Assembly: GCF_964194155.1 (NCBI RefSeq)
Contig: NC_135885.1
Location: 111,786,001 to 111,850,000 of the forward strand
Direction: 5' to 3'
From: Cetorhinus maximus
Taxonomy: Eukaryota
Length of the DNA: 64,000 nt
Part shown: piece by piece, positions 13,153-26,760 of the stretch
Layout of the letters: each line of letters begins with the position of its first letter
How positions within the stretch are numbered: position 1 is the stretch's first letter
Position numbers and translations under genes: made by a program
Notes under the pieces: generated by a model
Seen by the model: only the letters and a program-made list of their open reading frames with translations
Told to the model about the DNA's origin: nothing
Databases searched by the model: none

Positions 13153-13957
13153 GGGCTGGATAATATGGAGTTGGGGGGCGGGGGGTGGGGGTGGGCGTTG
13201 TGGTGGTGGGTTGGTGGTGTGGACAGTATGCCCCACCTAGAAACAAGGTCGGCATGGAGCCAACATGTTCCACACCAACCCACCTCGTGGCCATAAAGCG
13301 CTGTGGGGCAGATTAACAAGGGTCGAATGGGATTCCCGTCCCTCATTAGGAAGTCCTGCCCTCTGGAGCTGCCAGCCAATCTGATTGGCTGACAGCTCCA
13401 GCAATCCCAGCAGTGCCAGGAAGGTATCAGTGGCTGTTGCCAGGACTGCAGAAGAAGAAGAAGGCCAAGGTCCATGGATCCCCGAAGTAAGCAGGCCTGG
13501 GGTCTTGGGCCAGGAGGGTCTGGGTATGTTAAGGAGAGGGGCGGAGGAGGGATAAGGGTGGTTTTAAGGGAGAGAGCAGATAGGAAGGAAGGGGGGCTTT
13601 GACCTGGGGGTGTGGGTGCTGCCCCACGATTGACAAAGGGCAGCTCCTGAAGATTGGTACCCTGCTTACCTCCCACGCTTTAAGCATTTCAGTGAAAAAA
13701 ATTGGGCTTTCTGCTCCCTGCTGCCCACGCCAAACATTATATAGTGTGGGCAGCATAATATCAGGGTCAATTGGCTTGATAGCATTTAAAAATGGTGGGC
13801 GGCTGGCAATTTCAGTGCCCGCCCGTCCCCTCTATTATGGGGGTGAGCTCAGGGGTGGGTGGGAAGATGGTGGGGTGGATGCCAGCCCTATTTTATGTGC
13901 ACCTCCACAGGCAACATACCCACGGGGGCTTGGGGGGGGGCACGTAAAAGTCAGCCC
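13153..13957 (+). mobile_element. Harbinger-type MITE (family M2)
   Basis: TIR GGGCTGGAT.. versus reverse complement GGGCTGACT..; flanks ATA/ATT; homologous to 26761-27477 (AGGAAGTCC..GCCAATCTGATTGG..CAGCTC). Confidence 0.75.
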
Positions 13958-15254
13958 ATTACATTTGGTGGTAAGCTATGTGGGAATGTTTTCGTACAGA
14001 GCTCCATTTGGCATATATTAAAATCGAGTTGAATAGAGCATTGATACAAGACCCTAAGAGCATTGTAGGTCAGTAGGTGTTCTTTTCCTTTGATGATCAA
14101 CCTATTTCTTCTCAATGGTTAGCCAATCAATTAGGAAACCATTTTTAATGTTTTGGTAGGCAAGATGGAAATGATCTGAATTGAGGCTTCAGGGTGGCCT
14201 AATAATTAATTTGATGCCCAAAAACAATTGGAAAACTGCCATGTTGATAAGGTGAGATGAAGTAAGGTGGGATGAGGCATGAGTGGAGCAAGAGGTGCTG
14301 GGCAGGATGGTGTATTATTTTTTGGGCTGTAATATAACATATCTTCAAACATGTGGGTGAAAGAAATTAATATGAAGTACCATTTGTTTTTCAAATAACT
14401 TTAATAGCTATTGTCAATCACCAATAGCTTACTGGGGGTTTGAACTAAACACATTGGTCCTGATTTTCCTATAACATCTGTAACACAGCCCAGTATAGAC
14501 CAGGATCATATAACTTCATAAAACCTGAAATGTCAACATTTTCCCTTCCTCCACTGACCTGTGAAGTGTTTCCAGTATTTTTTGTTTCTGTTTGAATTCC
14601 AGTATTTGCAGTATTTTGCTTTTGTCCCCCCACCCCAACCAATTTTCCTTGGATGACTTCTTGGTCCATACTTAAAGAAAAAGGACAAGAAAAAGTAGGC
14701 CAAGACCTATAAGGCCATGTCACCATTCCCCTTACATTACTCAGCATTTTAGGGTCTTCCCCAAATGGTGGAATAGGTTTCATACCTGCAATTGGCATTA
14801 GCCCGGGAATGAGGTGGAAGTGGCATTCTTGGTACTCCTGCCTCAATTTCCCGTGGTTAGTGCTCTGCGGCCACCCATTTTCATTGGTACCCCAAGGCTT
14901 TCTCTTGCAAGATCTCTGAGTTTTAGGCCCTGAGACTGTTGGCCAGCTAACTTTCTCTTCACCCACGATTACTTCCTTAAGGCCTTAGCAAGGGGTGAAA
15001 TGCACCAGAGCTATCACCTGGCCAAGGTAATGATCTGGTCGACAAAAGTTTTGATGTATCTTACACTGGAAAGAGGGCCACTAGATAATTGATCGCTATG
15101 TTTTTCAGCAGTCGTTACAGTTTTCCACAAGAATGTTTGGACATTGTTTCTAAGAGAAAATGATTTTCAAACAGATCCCTGTTTTCATCACAGTCCCCAG
15201 TGGATGAACATGTTAATTAATGCATCACAACCATTTCCAGATGTCACTTTGCTG

Positions 15255-15706
15255 TGGTGTTAGCCACCTCTGAGTCACAGGGTTTTGGGTTCAAGTCCCA
15301 CTCCAGGGCTTGAGCACAAAATTCAAGGCTGACACTCCAGTGCAGCGACAGAGAGTGCTGCACTGTTGTTGGTGCCATCTTTCAGATGAGATGTTAAATT
15401 GAGGCCCTCAACTGTCTGCTTGGGTGGATGTAAAAGATCCCATGACGGCACTATTTTGAAGAAGAACTGAAGAGTTATCACTGGTGTCCTGGCCATTTTT
15501 ATCTCTCAATCAACATCTCAATAAAGGATTATCTGGTTATCATCATATTTCTATTTATGGGAGCTACTGTGCAAATTGGCTTCCACATTTCCTGCATAAC
15601 AACCGTGACTACACTTCAAAAGTAATTCATACGCTGTAAAGCTCTTTGAGATGCCTGGTGGTCGTGAAAAGCACTATATAAATGCAAGATTTCCTTTTTT
15701 TTCTTT
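15255..15706 (+). mobile_element. tRNA-derived Deu-domain SINE (SacSINE1/AmnSINE1-like)
   Basis: B-box GGTTCAAGTCC; core GTGGATGTAAAAGATCCCATG; tail GTGAAAAGCACTATATAAATGCAAG. Family name is from memory. Confidence 0.8.
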
Positions 15707-17349
15707 TGCTGTCAGGAAAATTCTAACACTGAAATTTCACTCATACTGTGAGCCCAAATGAATTTGTGACTAATAGAAATGTCGCCAGTTCAGATCATTT
15801 TAGGTGTGGTGTGGTTGGTTCTCAGCATGGCTGAGTAGGTAAATGCACTAAGCAAGTTCCTAAATTGGCATCAGTATGCCTGGATTGGGTGAATCACATA
15901 AGAAATTCTTCACAAATACAACATCTTCATTTCCTATAGCAAACCTTCTAAATCTGCAAGCGTGATTACCAACTTACTGCCAGTATGCTCTCAGTTATGG
16001 ACAGATTTATTCTGTGAGCCTGCGCCATTAGGAAATAAGTAAGATGACCCAAACTTGCTTCTTGTAGGACTCTTACAACCAGCAGAAAGGGAAGACTGCC
16101 ATTCCATTTGTCTGCATTAGATTCAAACTCCAATTCCAGCAGTGAAAGGACAGTTGCTAACCTAGTGCATCACTTTGATGTCACATCCAGTCCAAGAGTC
16201 TGATATTTTTGTAAATGTACTTTTCCCCAGATAAATAACTATAAGGTATGACTTATGATGTTATCAGCATATTGGTTCTTAATATGTGCAGTGAATTTAA
16301 ACAGTTCACAACATGGAGAGTAGATGCAACACTTTGTTCAGCGAACAAAAAAATGACAAATCTGGGCAAGCTGCTGGTTGATCCATAAATTAGGGACTGG
16401 AAACTGCTCTCCTACTTTTAGGTAGAGAGCATGAGTTGTGGATAACCATATATTGTTGATAATCAACCACTTCACTGCTAAAGTTACGAGTAATTTATGT
16501 TGATTTTTTTTTAATACAGCATTTCTAGACAGTCTTATCCTGTTTATCTTGGTATCAAAGATTGAAGTATATTTTATATTCATCTGTTCACAGACTATGG
16601 AACATCACTTCCCTACAGTTTTTGATCCTAATTAGAGGAGTACATTTCATTGGGGGACGGAGGATTGCATATTGTTATCGGAGGTGAAAATAGTTACGTT
16701 TTAATGCAGTCAACCATCAATTATGCCATTGCTGTTCTCTTCCTCACAGCTGCTACTGAATCTCAGTTCTTTTGAAACTGCTGTTTAGCGTGTAGCTGAA
16801 AGGACGGGTGACCTTGTCCTTTCATCTGTCTGTGAATTGCCATGTCTAGACTGACAAGTCATATTACCTCAACTAGTATAGATGCAATATGTGAACTTCT
16901 ACACTTACATAAATAGCATTTTAAATTTCAAGTGATTCTGACTTAAGGGGCATTACAAATTACTTCAAGTTTGTCCTTTTGATTATTTAGATAACTTCAG
17001 CAAAGTTGTCTTTACAATGTAATAATCCAAATAAAATAATGTGTGAGCTCTTGTGATTCAATTAGCATAACAATATGGAACACATTAGAACAAAATAACA
17101 GAATGACCTATTGAGTTTTTTTGTTCAGCAACAATGAGTGACACAATGATATAATTGATTTTAAAAAGTATACAGGCCTTATATCAACTGTTACTAAGAC
17201 CAAATGCAGCACTCAGAAAATACAATGAAGTCAGAACCAGGGAAGATATTAATTAAATCAGAATGAAGTCTCCCAGTCCAACACAATTCCTTTCATTCAC
17301 ACCCAATCCATTTCTATGCATTCAGTTTTAGTCGTTTGGTAGTACAGAA

Positions 17350-17585
17350 CATAAGTATTGCTGAAAAAATACATTTTGTCGAAGTTGCAAGAATACCAAT
17401 GTCAGGGGAAGCAACAACTTATACCGTATGAGAAGAGAGTGCTGATTGGTTGGCAAGTGGACTCTGATTGGTGGAGGCGTTGCCATGGAGAATGCACCAG
17501 TTAATGATGACTGACAGTTAATTGCCAAGCATTGTTTAAAATTTAAACCAGGCAGCTTGACTCTGATTGGTCAATGCATTACCTT
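17350..17585 (-). mobile_element. Probable Penelope-like 3' fragment (second family)
   Basis: Repeated CTGATTGG motifs; recognised from memory only. Confidence 0.4.
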
Positions 17586-17789
17586 AAATAAAGGTCCTAA
17601 ACAATAAAATATAGTTCCCAGTGTTTCAGTGGGTAATCTTCTGTGTGATATAATGCTGCACCGTATAGACCAGGAAAGGTCTATAAGTTTATTCCTGTTC
17701 TGTGCTGAATTGGCAGAACTCAGCTGGAACATTTGATCTTGATATCCCTAAGCTAAAGAGGGAAAAATTCAGTCGGTGTCCTGTCGTAT

Positions 17790-19750
17790 AAAAGGTTAAT
17801 GTTTTACCTGCCAGCTGCAATGGTAGCTTTTCACACCGTATTGTCCCAATCCTGCCACATTAATAATGCATTCCCAGGAAACACGCCATTTCGATGAAGG
17901 GAGCACTCCACCATGCCATCACCTCGCTGCTTCCTCATGCCGGGCGCCATATTTAAAGTGCAGCCACGTGCACACCTCTCAATGCTACCAGCCCAAGACT
18001 GCTGCACAGAAGAAATGGCCCCAAAAGGCAAAAGACTGCAGCCTCCCTGTTTAATGATGCATCCCTTGAGCGCCATTTGGATGCAGTGGAGGCCCGCGTG
18101 ATGTCCCCTACCCCTGCTCTGGCCACCGGAGGGGCAGCAACATCACTAATCCAGCATGGGAGACAGTGGCAGCAGTGGTCATTGCCAATGACCTGCAAAA
18201 GAGGGCAGTCAACCAGTGCCAAAAAAGGATGACTAGTCTCCTCCATTCTGACAGGGTAAGTCACCCTTCTCATCGCTCTCAACTCACACACTCACAAACC
18301 CATCACACATCCACACGGCCCTCACCCACTGCCAATTCAATGGACATCACCATTCACTCTTTCACACACACCTTCATTGTCCTCATCCCATCCATGGGAA
18401 CACTCATCATCCACACATGCAGGGCATACTTATGACCTGGCCTGGCAGGTGTCCTCCTTACACCCTCTCCATCCCTATTCATGCAGGATAAGCTGGTGCA
18501 CAGGGAGAAGTCGCAGAGGAGTGGGAGAATGCCTGAAATCAAGGTCCTCACAGACTTTGAAAACAGAGCCATCCAGCTGGCCGTCGAGGTTCTGCACCTT
18601 TCCTGTGCTGACGGTGAGGCCGGCGATACTCTAACAAGTGAGGATCCAGCAGTGCAACATCCATCAGACAACCATGCTGTGAGGGATATCTCCTGTTTCA
18701 CAGGCCCCTGCCATGCACTAATTATCTCTCCTTGCTTTCGCAGGCACTTCTAGGAAACAGCTAATGGAGTTCATGTCTCAGGGCCTCCAATCAAGTCCTA
18801 AAGAAACCTCTGAAGAGAAATCTGAAGGCACTTTCATTGAAGACCTTTCACAGTGCTCACCCACACCCTCCACCAGCACAGAGACACACACCTTGGTGGG
18901 ACCTAGCTTTAGAGTAGCCTCAGGATCACAATCTGGTGAGAACATCACACTTTCTGATCCAGAGCAGGCGGCAGCAGGGACTTCCCAGGTCTCCAGCACT
19001 CGGAGGACTGCTGGAAGCCAGGAATCTGCTGAGTCCGAGTCAGTTGACAAGCCTCTGGACTTGGTCATACCTCAGTCCCTGGAGCTGCAAAGGCACGCTC
19101 AGGAACATCAGGAAGGGATGGCTGCTGCACTCCCCAGATTGCAAGCTACAGTGGAGGAGTCCATCCGCCTTCAGTGATAGTGCCGGCATGCCAACGCACC
19201 AAGGTCAACACTGGTATGATGGCGGCTGCCATGGAGCACTGCTGCACGGACTGAACTCCAGTGCTGATGCCATAGTTGACCTCCAACAGTGTGCATGTGA
19301 GAGTGGTGCGGGGTAGCTCCATAACACTCCAACTGCCTCAAGGAGTCAACCAGGGCACCCATAGGGAGGAGGGTCAGCAGATGTACACCCAGGTGACTCT
19401 GGGAGTGTCCAGCCCAACTGAACTCCCTCTTCCTGTGACTGCAGCAACTCCAGCTCCACAGGCTGAGGAGGGTGCTGCTGCTACACAGCAGGACCCCGAA
19501 AGCAGGCCGGGGCCCTCCAGGTCTCAGCCCTCCAGAGGACGCCCACCAAAGTCACAACAGACAGGGCATAGCAGTCAGCAGGCTGAGTCCACCTCTGCTG
19601 TGAATGTCGGGAGAGCACCAAGATGTAGCAGCAGGATTAGGAAAGTTAAGAAGATGTAGTTGCACAGTCTGGGCATGGGTGTTACTCATTTGTACATAAT
19701 GTTCACTATTGTAACTAAACTCCCAAGAATGTCTCCTTGCCTATGGTTTC
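17790..19750 (+). mobile_element. Harbinger element carrying a Myb/SANT gene; both termini lost
   Basis: Collinear with the copy at 62175-64000 from about 45 bp inside the TIR to the 3' UTR; right end replaced by a Gypsy remnant. Confidence 0.85.
18015..19659 (+). pseudogene. Spliced Harbinger Myb/SANT-like DNA-binding protein pseudogene (exons 18015-18255, 18487-18637, 18744-19659)
   Basis: With frameshifts reads MAPK..FNDASLERHLDAVEAR..AWETVAAVV..QCQKRM | DKLVH..; GT-AG sites; CTAAT branch point near 18718; intron 2 joins in frame to ORF 18764. Confidence 0.85.
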
Positions 19751-19754
19751 TTTT

Positions 19755-20773
19755 TGTTAAATATGTAAATTAGTTTGTGAATGAAGGGTTCAAGAAATTT
19801 ACAGAAGACTATGGATACAACTAATTGGCCCAGGTACCCACAAGCAAATGGAGAGGCCGAGTGAGGAGTAAGAATGGTCAAAGCTTTGTTGAAAAAGAAT
19901 GATGATATCAACTTAGCACTGCTGAGCTACCGTTCCACACTACTTCAGAATTGGTTGGCTCCATCGGAACTTCTGTTCAGGAGAAGATTACGGGCTTAAC
20001 TTCCCGTTCTTCCACATATGATTATATCATGTCTAAAAACCTCAGATACTGAGAGAGTATGGGAGAAGGAGAACGACTATTGTGAAAATCAGACCAAAAA
20101 TTACAACCACTGTCACAGAGTGCATGAATTACCAGAACTCAAACCAGGTGAATCAGTCTGGGTTAGGGACCAGTATAGAGAAGGCCAAGAACTGGAAAAG
20201 ACACGAAGTCTGAGATTTTACCTTGTCGAGACTGAGAATGGGATAGTGAGAAGAAATAGAAGCGCACTCGTATCAACAAGAAGATCACCATCCATTGAAT
20301 GGACTAACTACCATTTGATCAGGAAGACAACCTGAACAGAGAACCAGTAGTCTCTGAAAATTTACATACCACTCTACAGAGTTTGAGAGAGAACATGGAG
20401 AACCTGAATCCTATGCAATCTCCGAGAGAGATGCAAACGAGATCGGGGAGATTGGTGAAACCTCAATAACGCTTATCTCTGTGAACCAGTGATGAAGACA
20501 AAGACTTCCGAGGGAGATGTAGGATAATGTAAATAGTACTTAGAGTTAGAGATTGGGGAGAGATGTAGTATAAAAGATTAATGTTAAATATGTAAATATA
20601 TAGTCTGCATCATCAATGATGTAAAATCATATGACAACAGAGCATGGAAAGAGATACTTCTCTGTAGAGCATCATACTGAGTCTGTATTGTACATAGTTA
20701 GTATAATGTTCAATATAAGACCAACAGCATTGTCTCCAGCATTATTTTTAAGTCCAGATCCACAATGACTACA
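19755..20773 (+). mobile_element. Gypsy remnant: integrase C-terminal half, PPT and 3' LTR
   Basis: YPQANGEAE*GVRMVKALLKK..ALLSYRST..PSELL; ORF 20018 LPELKPGESVWV..RRNRSAL; PPT GGGGAGAGA then LTR TGTAG...CTACA (about 20563-20773). Confidence 0.85.
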
Positions 20774-22171
20774 TCTAGCAGCCACAACAACAATAACAGA
20801 TGTCCCTGCTCTTTCTTGCTATTCAGTGATACATACTGGAAAGTGTAAGAAAGTCAAATGATTAAGGATCAAGTTTGGCCGATGTTCACTGTTCGTACAT
20901 GAAGAACATATACACAAAGCTGCCATTGCACTTGAACATCCAGCATGAATCATTCACCCTCATAGAGACCAAGTAAGGAGGATCTAAAAAATGGGAATCA
21001 ACACTGCTAATTAATAAAGTGTTCAAAAGAAATTGGGGGAAAAAGAAAAGCTTGGGTAACTTACCACTGTCACAAACCCAGTTCAACCTGTTGTGCTTGA
21101 AATTCTATCATATATACTGTGGAGATGATGGGTCAATTTCTTTCGTATTTTTAGCCCAGTTTTCTTTGTGGTCATGGCAGGAGCAGAATATCCAATGTGT
21201 CTTTGTCATTGTGTTACTGAGGATAGGAGACCTCTGCCTTCAAATATAAGAAAACTGAGCAGGCTTGGGATGGAGGTACAATAATCAGCTACAATGAGGA
21301 ATCTGAATGGCATTCGTAGACCTTAGGTTCTGGAAGTGGAGGTACATGGCAGAACTTGGGAAGAATAGAAAATTAAAAGCACATGGGAGAATACTAATTG
21401 GCACCAATTAATTAAGGATGATTAATTGCAATTCAGATCAATTGTTAGAGAGGGAAGAAAGCTGGACCGGGTTATAAAGACATATGTTTTTAACAATAGT
21501 AATGAAGACTAGTGCTCCAGAACTAACCTCGCCTCTCTAGCCAAACTGTTCCAGTACAGCTGCAACCCAGCCATCTATTCAACAATGTGGAAAATTGCCA
21601 GGTATGTCCTGCCCAAGAAAAGCAGGACAAATCTAAAGCAGCTAATTACATCCTATCAACGTACTCTCAATCATCAGCAAAGTCACAGGATAAGTCAACA
21701 ATAGTGCTATCAAGCAACATTAATCACCAATAACCAATCATTGATGCTCATTTTGGACAAAGGAGCTAAACTCCAGAGGTGAGGTGAGAGTGACTGGACT
21801 TAACATCAGGGCACCATTTAACTGAATATAGAACCAAGGAACCTTAGCAAAGCTGACAATAGATGGGGGTTATTGGGAAAGTCTCCAATGGCTAGAGTCT
21901 TACCTAGCACAAAGGAAGATGGTTGTGGTTGTGGATGACCAATCACTGTAGCCCTAGCTGCAGAAGTTTCTCAGGGCAGCGTCCTACGCCCAAACATCTT
22001 CAGCTGCTTCATCATTGAGAGGGTGCAGAGAAAATTTACTAGAAAGGTATCAGGAATGTAGGAATTCAGTTATTTAGAGAGAAATTAAGCTGGTGTTGCT
22101 CTAGTTAGAACTGGGAGGTTGAGGGGAGATTTAACAAAGATGTTCAAAATCGCAAAGGGTTTTGATAGGCT

Positions 22172-23812
22172 TGTTCTGTCCCAGCGTATTATGAACTTTC
22201 AGTTAATACTTCTAAAATTGGACACAAACAGACTATTTAAAATGGCTGCTGCAAATCATGTGACCTTTGGCATTTTGAGCTTCAGACAGTCCTAAGTATC
22301 AAGTGAATACCCAATTAAATATGGACATTCATAGCCATCTAGTGAATTCACATATCCCTTTGTTTAAAGATGGATCAACACCAAAGAACTATAGAATTCT
22401 AGCCAGCCTGTCCCTCTGTTTTCACCCTGATCAAAAGGGAACATCAAAACTCAATGTAAGGTGAATGTGAAATTATCCAATCACCTTCCATTGCATTATG
22501 ATGGTCCCTCACCCAAACTAGAATTGCTATCTCAAACTCACAAGGTGTTAAACAACACTGAATGATTGGAGTCAACGTGCACACCACCCTTTGTTTGGAA
22601 AAAGGACTTTGAACTTGCGGAAGTCACATGATGAGGAAAATATTTTTATTGCCTGCTTTTAAATCAGCTAGAAGTTGCTTGCAGGCTGAGAGTTCCACTG
22701 AAAGCCATCAAACTAGCTTTAAGTCATCCAAGCAACAACAATACCTTGAAAGTGGGAGATCCTATTAGAGAAAAGAGCTCTCCCCAACCTGTTCTAACTT
22801 TCAGTTCACCTGATTACCAACCTCCTGGAAATCTGACTACAAGAAACCTCACAACTTACTGAGAATCCTTCACTTTACCACACCTTCAACTTAAAAGCAC
22901 CAGCTTCATCTAAGAAACTACGGGCCAGCCACAAAAGACACTGAGGCAATTATAAGCTGTAACAGTATTTTACCTTTACCTGCATCTAATATTTGTGTAT
23001 GAGAGTGTGAGTGAAACAAGTGAGTGAAACATTGCATTATTTTCATGGTAGGTGTGTGATAATAAATAACCTTATTTATTTTAAAACTCACAAAAAGCTT
23101 GTTACCAGAATTATTTAATTGGGACACTCACTCTGAGGGTAAGAAAGCACACACTTCGTACATACAAACATATTAATCGCAGGCAGTAAAAAGAAACACA
23201 TAGGGCAGAATCTTCTATTCGGCGTGCGGGGGTGGACCCCACATGCCAACGTGTAAAATGATGCGCGGTAACGTCAGGCATGCGTCCCAATGTCACTGCG
23301 CGTCATTCTGATCTTCTGTTCGGCAGGCACGCACCAGAGTCGGTTGCGCGCCAGCCGAACTGTCAAAGGCATGTTAAGGCCATTAATCAAGCAATTAAGC
23401 CAATTGAGAAAGCTGCCCGTCCAACCTTGAGGTTGGCGGGCAGGCGAAGAGCCTGGGCAGTCTTCACATTTTTCATGAAACCTCATCCACGGGCGGGATA
23501 AGGTATCATGAAGGGTTTATAACATTAATAAATATTTTTGGAACATTTGAAAAACTTGTCCTAGCTCATGTGATGCTGTCACATGAGGGGACATGTGTAA
23601 ATGATGCGAAAGAGCGCAGGCCAACTTCTCCATCCTCCCCCTGCCTGCACAGGTAGCGCTCAGCACTTCTGGGCACACGCCACGCCAATTAAGGCCCGCC
23701 CAAGCAAAATGGTGGTGCACAGCCGATCACTGGTGGCGATCGGCTCTGCGCCTGCTCCCAACCAGCCTGCTCGACGGGGAGAAAATTTTCCCCATACCTT
23801 CTGTCCGTGACG
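22172..23812 (+). mobile_element. Solo LTR (about 1.05 kb) containing a MITE
   Basis: TGTT...GTGAC(G) ends; AATAAA at 23061; 22810-23200 is the reverse complement of 35666-36245. Confidence 0.7.
23203..23793 (+). mobile_element. Harbinger-type MITE (family M1)
   Basis: TIR GGGCAGAATCTTC versus reverse complement GGGGAAAATTTTC; exact TSD ATA; homologous to 58698-59394. Confidence 0.88.
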
Positions 23813-25779
23813 GAATAAATAAGGAAAAACTATTTCCAAGTGGCAGAAGGATTAGTAACTTGAAGACCAAGATTTAAGGTAATTGGCAAAGGAACCAGAG
23901 TTGAAATGAAAGGAGATTTTTTTTACCCAGTGAGTTGTTATGATCTGGAATGCACTGCCTGAAGGGGTGATGGAAGCAGATTCAATAGTAACATTCATAA
24001 GACAAAAGAATAAAAAAGATGAAGGGGAAAAGTTTTCATGGCTATGATGAAAGGGTAGGGAGTGGGACTAATTCTAGCTCTTTCAAAGGCATGTTAGACT
24101 GAATGGCCTCCTCTGTGCTGCACCATTCTATGACCTTGCCTCCTTTATAAAGTCAGAAGTGGGATTTTCCACTGACATTTCCATCGTGCTTATTTCCACT
24201 TGCAATTCATCAGAAAATGCAACAGTCTATCTCCAACTGCAGCAAGACCTAAAATGTATGCAGGTTGGCCACATCTGTGCCACACACATGCCAGGCATCG
24301 ACTATCTCCAACAAGAAAAGGCTAACAATGTTCTCATGACATTCAATGGCATTACCATCTCTGGGAGTCATTTATTTTACAGTTTATGCTCATAAATCAT
24401 CTCAAAAGAAATAGCATAGTTTGATGTTGTCTATATTTGCCTACTATGCAAGTGAAAGCTAGCAGGTTTAACAATGTGTCAGCTGCAGATCTCACATGAA
24501 TTTAGTTAATGAGAAACAGCAAGTAGATTACAGTAATAAGTTTAGCACATGTAAATGAGCTAACATTCCTTGTTAAGTAGGACTGCTTGTAAACATTTTG
24601 ACCCTCAACTATCTTTAAATGTGGAGGTGTGACAAGTCTATCTTCTAACTATATGCTTACGGTATCTGTTGCTAGCATTCCATCTCTTATAGTTCTGAGG
24701 AAAGAGGAGAGAGCACTATGATATGCCTCCATTTGAGTTCTGGAAACAGGAGCTACTTGGGAAGAAATGCTAGGCTGCCAAGCAAGTGTCAGGCAGCCGT
24801 GCAGACATAAACTATAAGGCTCCTTCAGCAATAAAGGACAGAGTATTAAAAACAGTCTGTAAATGCTTTCACTCTAAACTGTTACTCATTGAAGCTTGGC
24901 CAATAGATAGTATCATGCCCTTCCTGAGCCTGTGTCCTAGGAGGTCTGTGGAAACATATCTGCTTGGTGCATTCATGCAAATTATTACCTACAGCCAAGG
25001 ATGCTGATAAATAAGAAGTGCTGCATCTGGGCTGTGTGTGCAAAATGAGATCACAGTTTAAGAAAAACAATGTGGAGAGAATATTAAAGATTGAAATAAA
25101 ATAAGGAACTGGAGCAGGTTTGTGAAGGAAGCCAGAGACATCTGAGGAAATTCCAACAACACAAATGCAGTCTATTGAAGAGATATTGAAATTAAGTTTC
25201 TCAGGGATGCCTTAGGTTTAAAGAAATTACAGACAACAGTCTGTCAGCAATTTTCTTCTCCAATAAAAAGATTAATTTAAAGTTGTGCTCTCAAATCACC
25301 AGGCACACTCAAAATCAGTGGCTAGTAAAATTTTATATAGTTGCTGTTAATCCTCCAATTGCAGTTTTCATTCATTGTATACAGAAGCCCCCTGTTGATA
25401 TTTTCCTTAACATTTACAGGAATAGGCATTCCACAGAAACACATTTATTTGACTTAAAGACTGTGAACACGAATTTATCCAAGTTTTTTAACGTTGACAA
25501 CTCTTATTTTTAACAATATTTGATAAGAGCTTGGCCTCAATTTTAACCTCCATTGTTAAGTGAGGATGGTGTGTGGAAGGGGTTAAGATTTAGCTGAGTT
25601 CACTTAGTGGCTTGAGCCTTTGTTCTCACCCAGTACCTTTGCCAACATTCAAGTTGGCTGATGCTCTCGCTACTTTAAATTCAAAAGTTGCAGCCCAATG
25701 ATGTCATCAGTGTCTCAACATTATTTTAGCACTGAGTCAGGAGGGGTCCCTGCATTCTGTGGATCCTGATTGCCAAACC

Positions 25780-25990
25780 ATGGTCATATGTTCTTTAGTG
25801 AAGGAAACCTGTCATCCTTACCTGGTCTGGCCCACGTGATCCCAGACCCACAGCAACGTGGTTGACTATTAACTGCCCTCTGAAATGGCCCTAGCCAGCC
25901 ATTCAGTTCAAGGGTAACTCGGGGTGGGCAACAAATGCTGACCTTGCCATGAATGTCCTCATCCCATGAAAGAATAAATTTTTAAAAAAT
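25780..25990 (+). mobile_element. SINE 3' half (possibly Meta-domain type) with a LINE-B tail
   Basis: CCTTACCTGGTCTGGCC..CCCACAGCAA core, also at 36045-36222; tail shared with the LINE 3' end at 53155. Confidence 0.75.
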
Positions 25991-26069
25991 GAGTCAAAGG
26001 TGAGTTTAGGGAAATGACTTTTGGATCAGGAGGAGAGAGAATGTTCCTTCCAATCACAGCAACTCGGGG

Positions 26070-26760
26070 GTACGTGCCCACAGATTGTTGAAAGTGGCAG
26101 GGCAGATTGAGAAAGTTGTTAAAAAGGCACATATAAAGGCTTTATGAATAGAGGCATAAAGTATAAAAGCAGGGAAGTTATGCTTAATCTTTATAGATTA
26201 TAAATTATAAATTATTCGTCCTCAGCTGGAGTATTGTGTCCAATTCTGGGCACTGTACTTTGGGAAGGATGTGAAGACTTCAAAGAGGATGCAGAAAAGC
26301 ATTATGAGACTGGTTCCAGGGATAAAAGATTTCAGTTACCTGAATAGATTGGAGATGCTGTGGTTGTTTTTCTTAGGAAGGACAAGGTTGAGAGGAGATT
26401 CGATAGATGATTTCTAAATCATGAGCAGTTTAGACAGAGTGGATAGAGTAGATAAAGAGAAATTATTTTCATTGGTGGAAGGACTGAGGCCCAGAGGACA
26501 AAGATTTAATGTGAATGGCAAAAGAACCAAAGACATCATGAAGAATAACTTTTTCACCCATTGAGTGGTTAGGATCTGAAAGTGTGGTAGAGGCAGATTC
26601 AATCATAACTTTCAAAATGGAATCAGATAAGCACCTGGGGAAAAAAGATTGCGAGCCCATGGGGAAAGGGCAATGGATTAGGTCTAGCTTAACTGGTCTT
26701 GCAGAGTGTCGGTATGGATTCAATGGACCGAATGGCTTCCTGTGCTGGAACAATTTCTAC
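26070..26760 (+). mobile_element. CR1 3' fragment
   Basis: RPQLEYCVQFWALYFGKDV motif near 26215; CR1 tail interrupted by a MITE. Confidence 0.88.

Larger units (their letters stand above)
22017..24132 (+). mobile_element. CR1 3' fragment split by a solo LTR
   Basis: ERVQRKFTR..GFDR (22017-22170) resumes at 23813 (AATAAGGAAAAACTATTTCCA) and runs to the CR1 tail. Confidence 0.85.
21500..24365 (+). mobile_element. CR1/L2-like LINE family B fragment split by nested insertions
   Basis: 21500-22016 and 24133-24365 match the minus-strand LINE at 53155-54595 and join at CTTCATCATTGA|CCTT (FINDL codons). Confidence 0.8.

Noticed and set aside
14640-15230. ORF 14469-14966 and flanks as a gene or retroviral fragment
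   Set aside because: No recognisable motif; the ORF runs into a Penelope-like tail fragment at about 14520-14620.
15255-15320. tRNA-like sequence with a B-box
   Set aside because: It is a SINE head; no full cloverleaf.
16750-16807. Plus-strand exon-like segment after CTCTTCCTCACAG
   Set aside because: Stops in all three frames and a weak donor.
18015-19659. Domesticated host gene (NAIF1/MSANTD-like)
   Set aside because: Multiple dispersed, frameshifted copies inside TIR/TSD-bounded elements indicate transposon copies.
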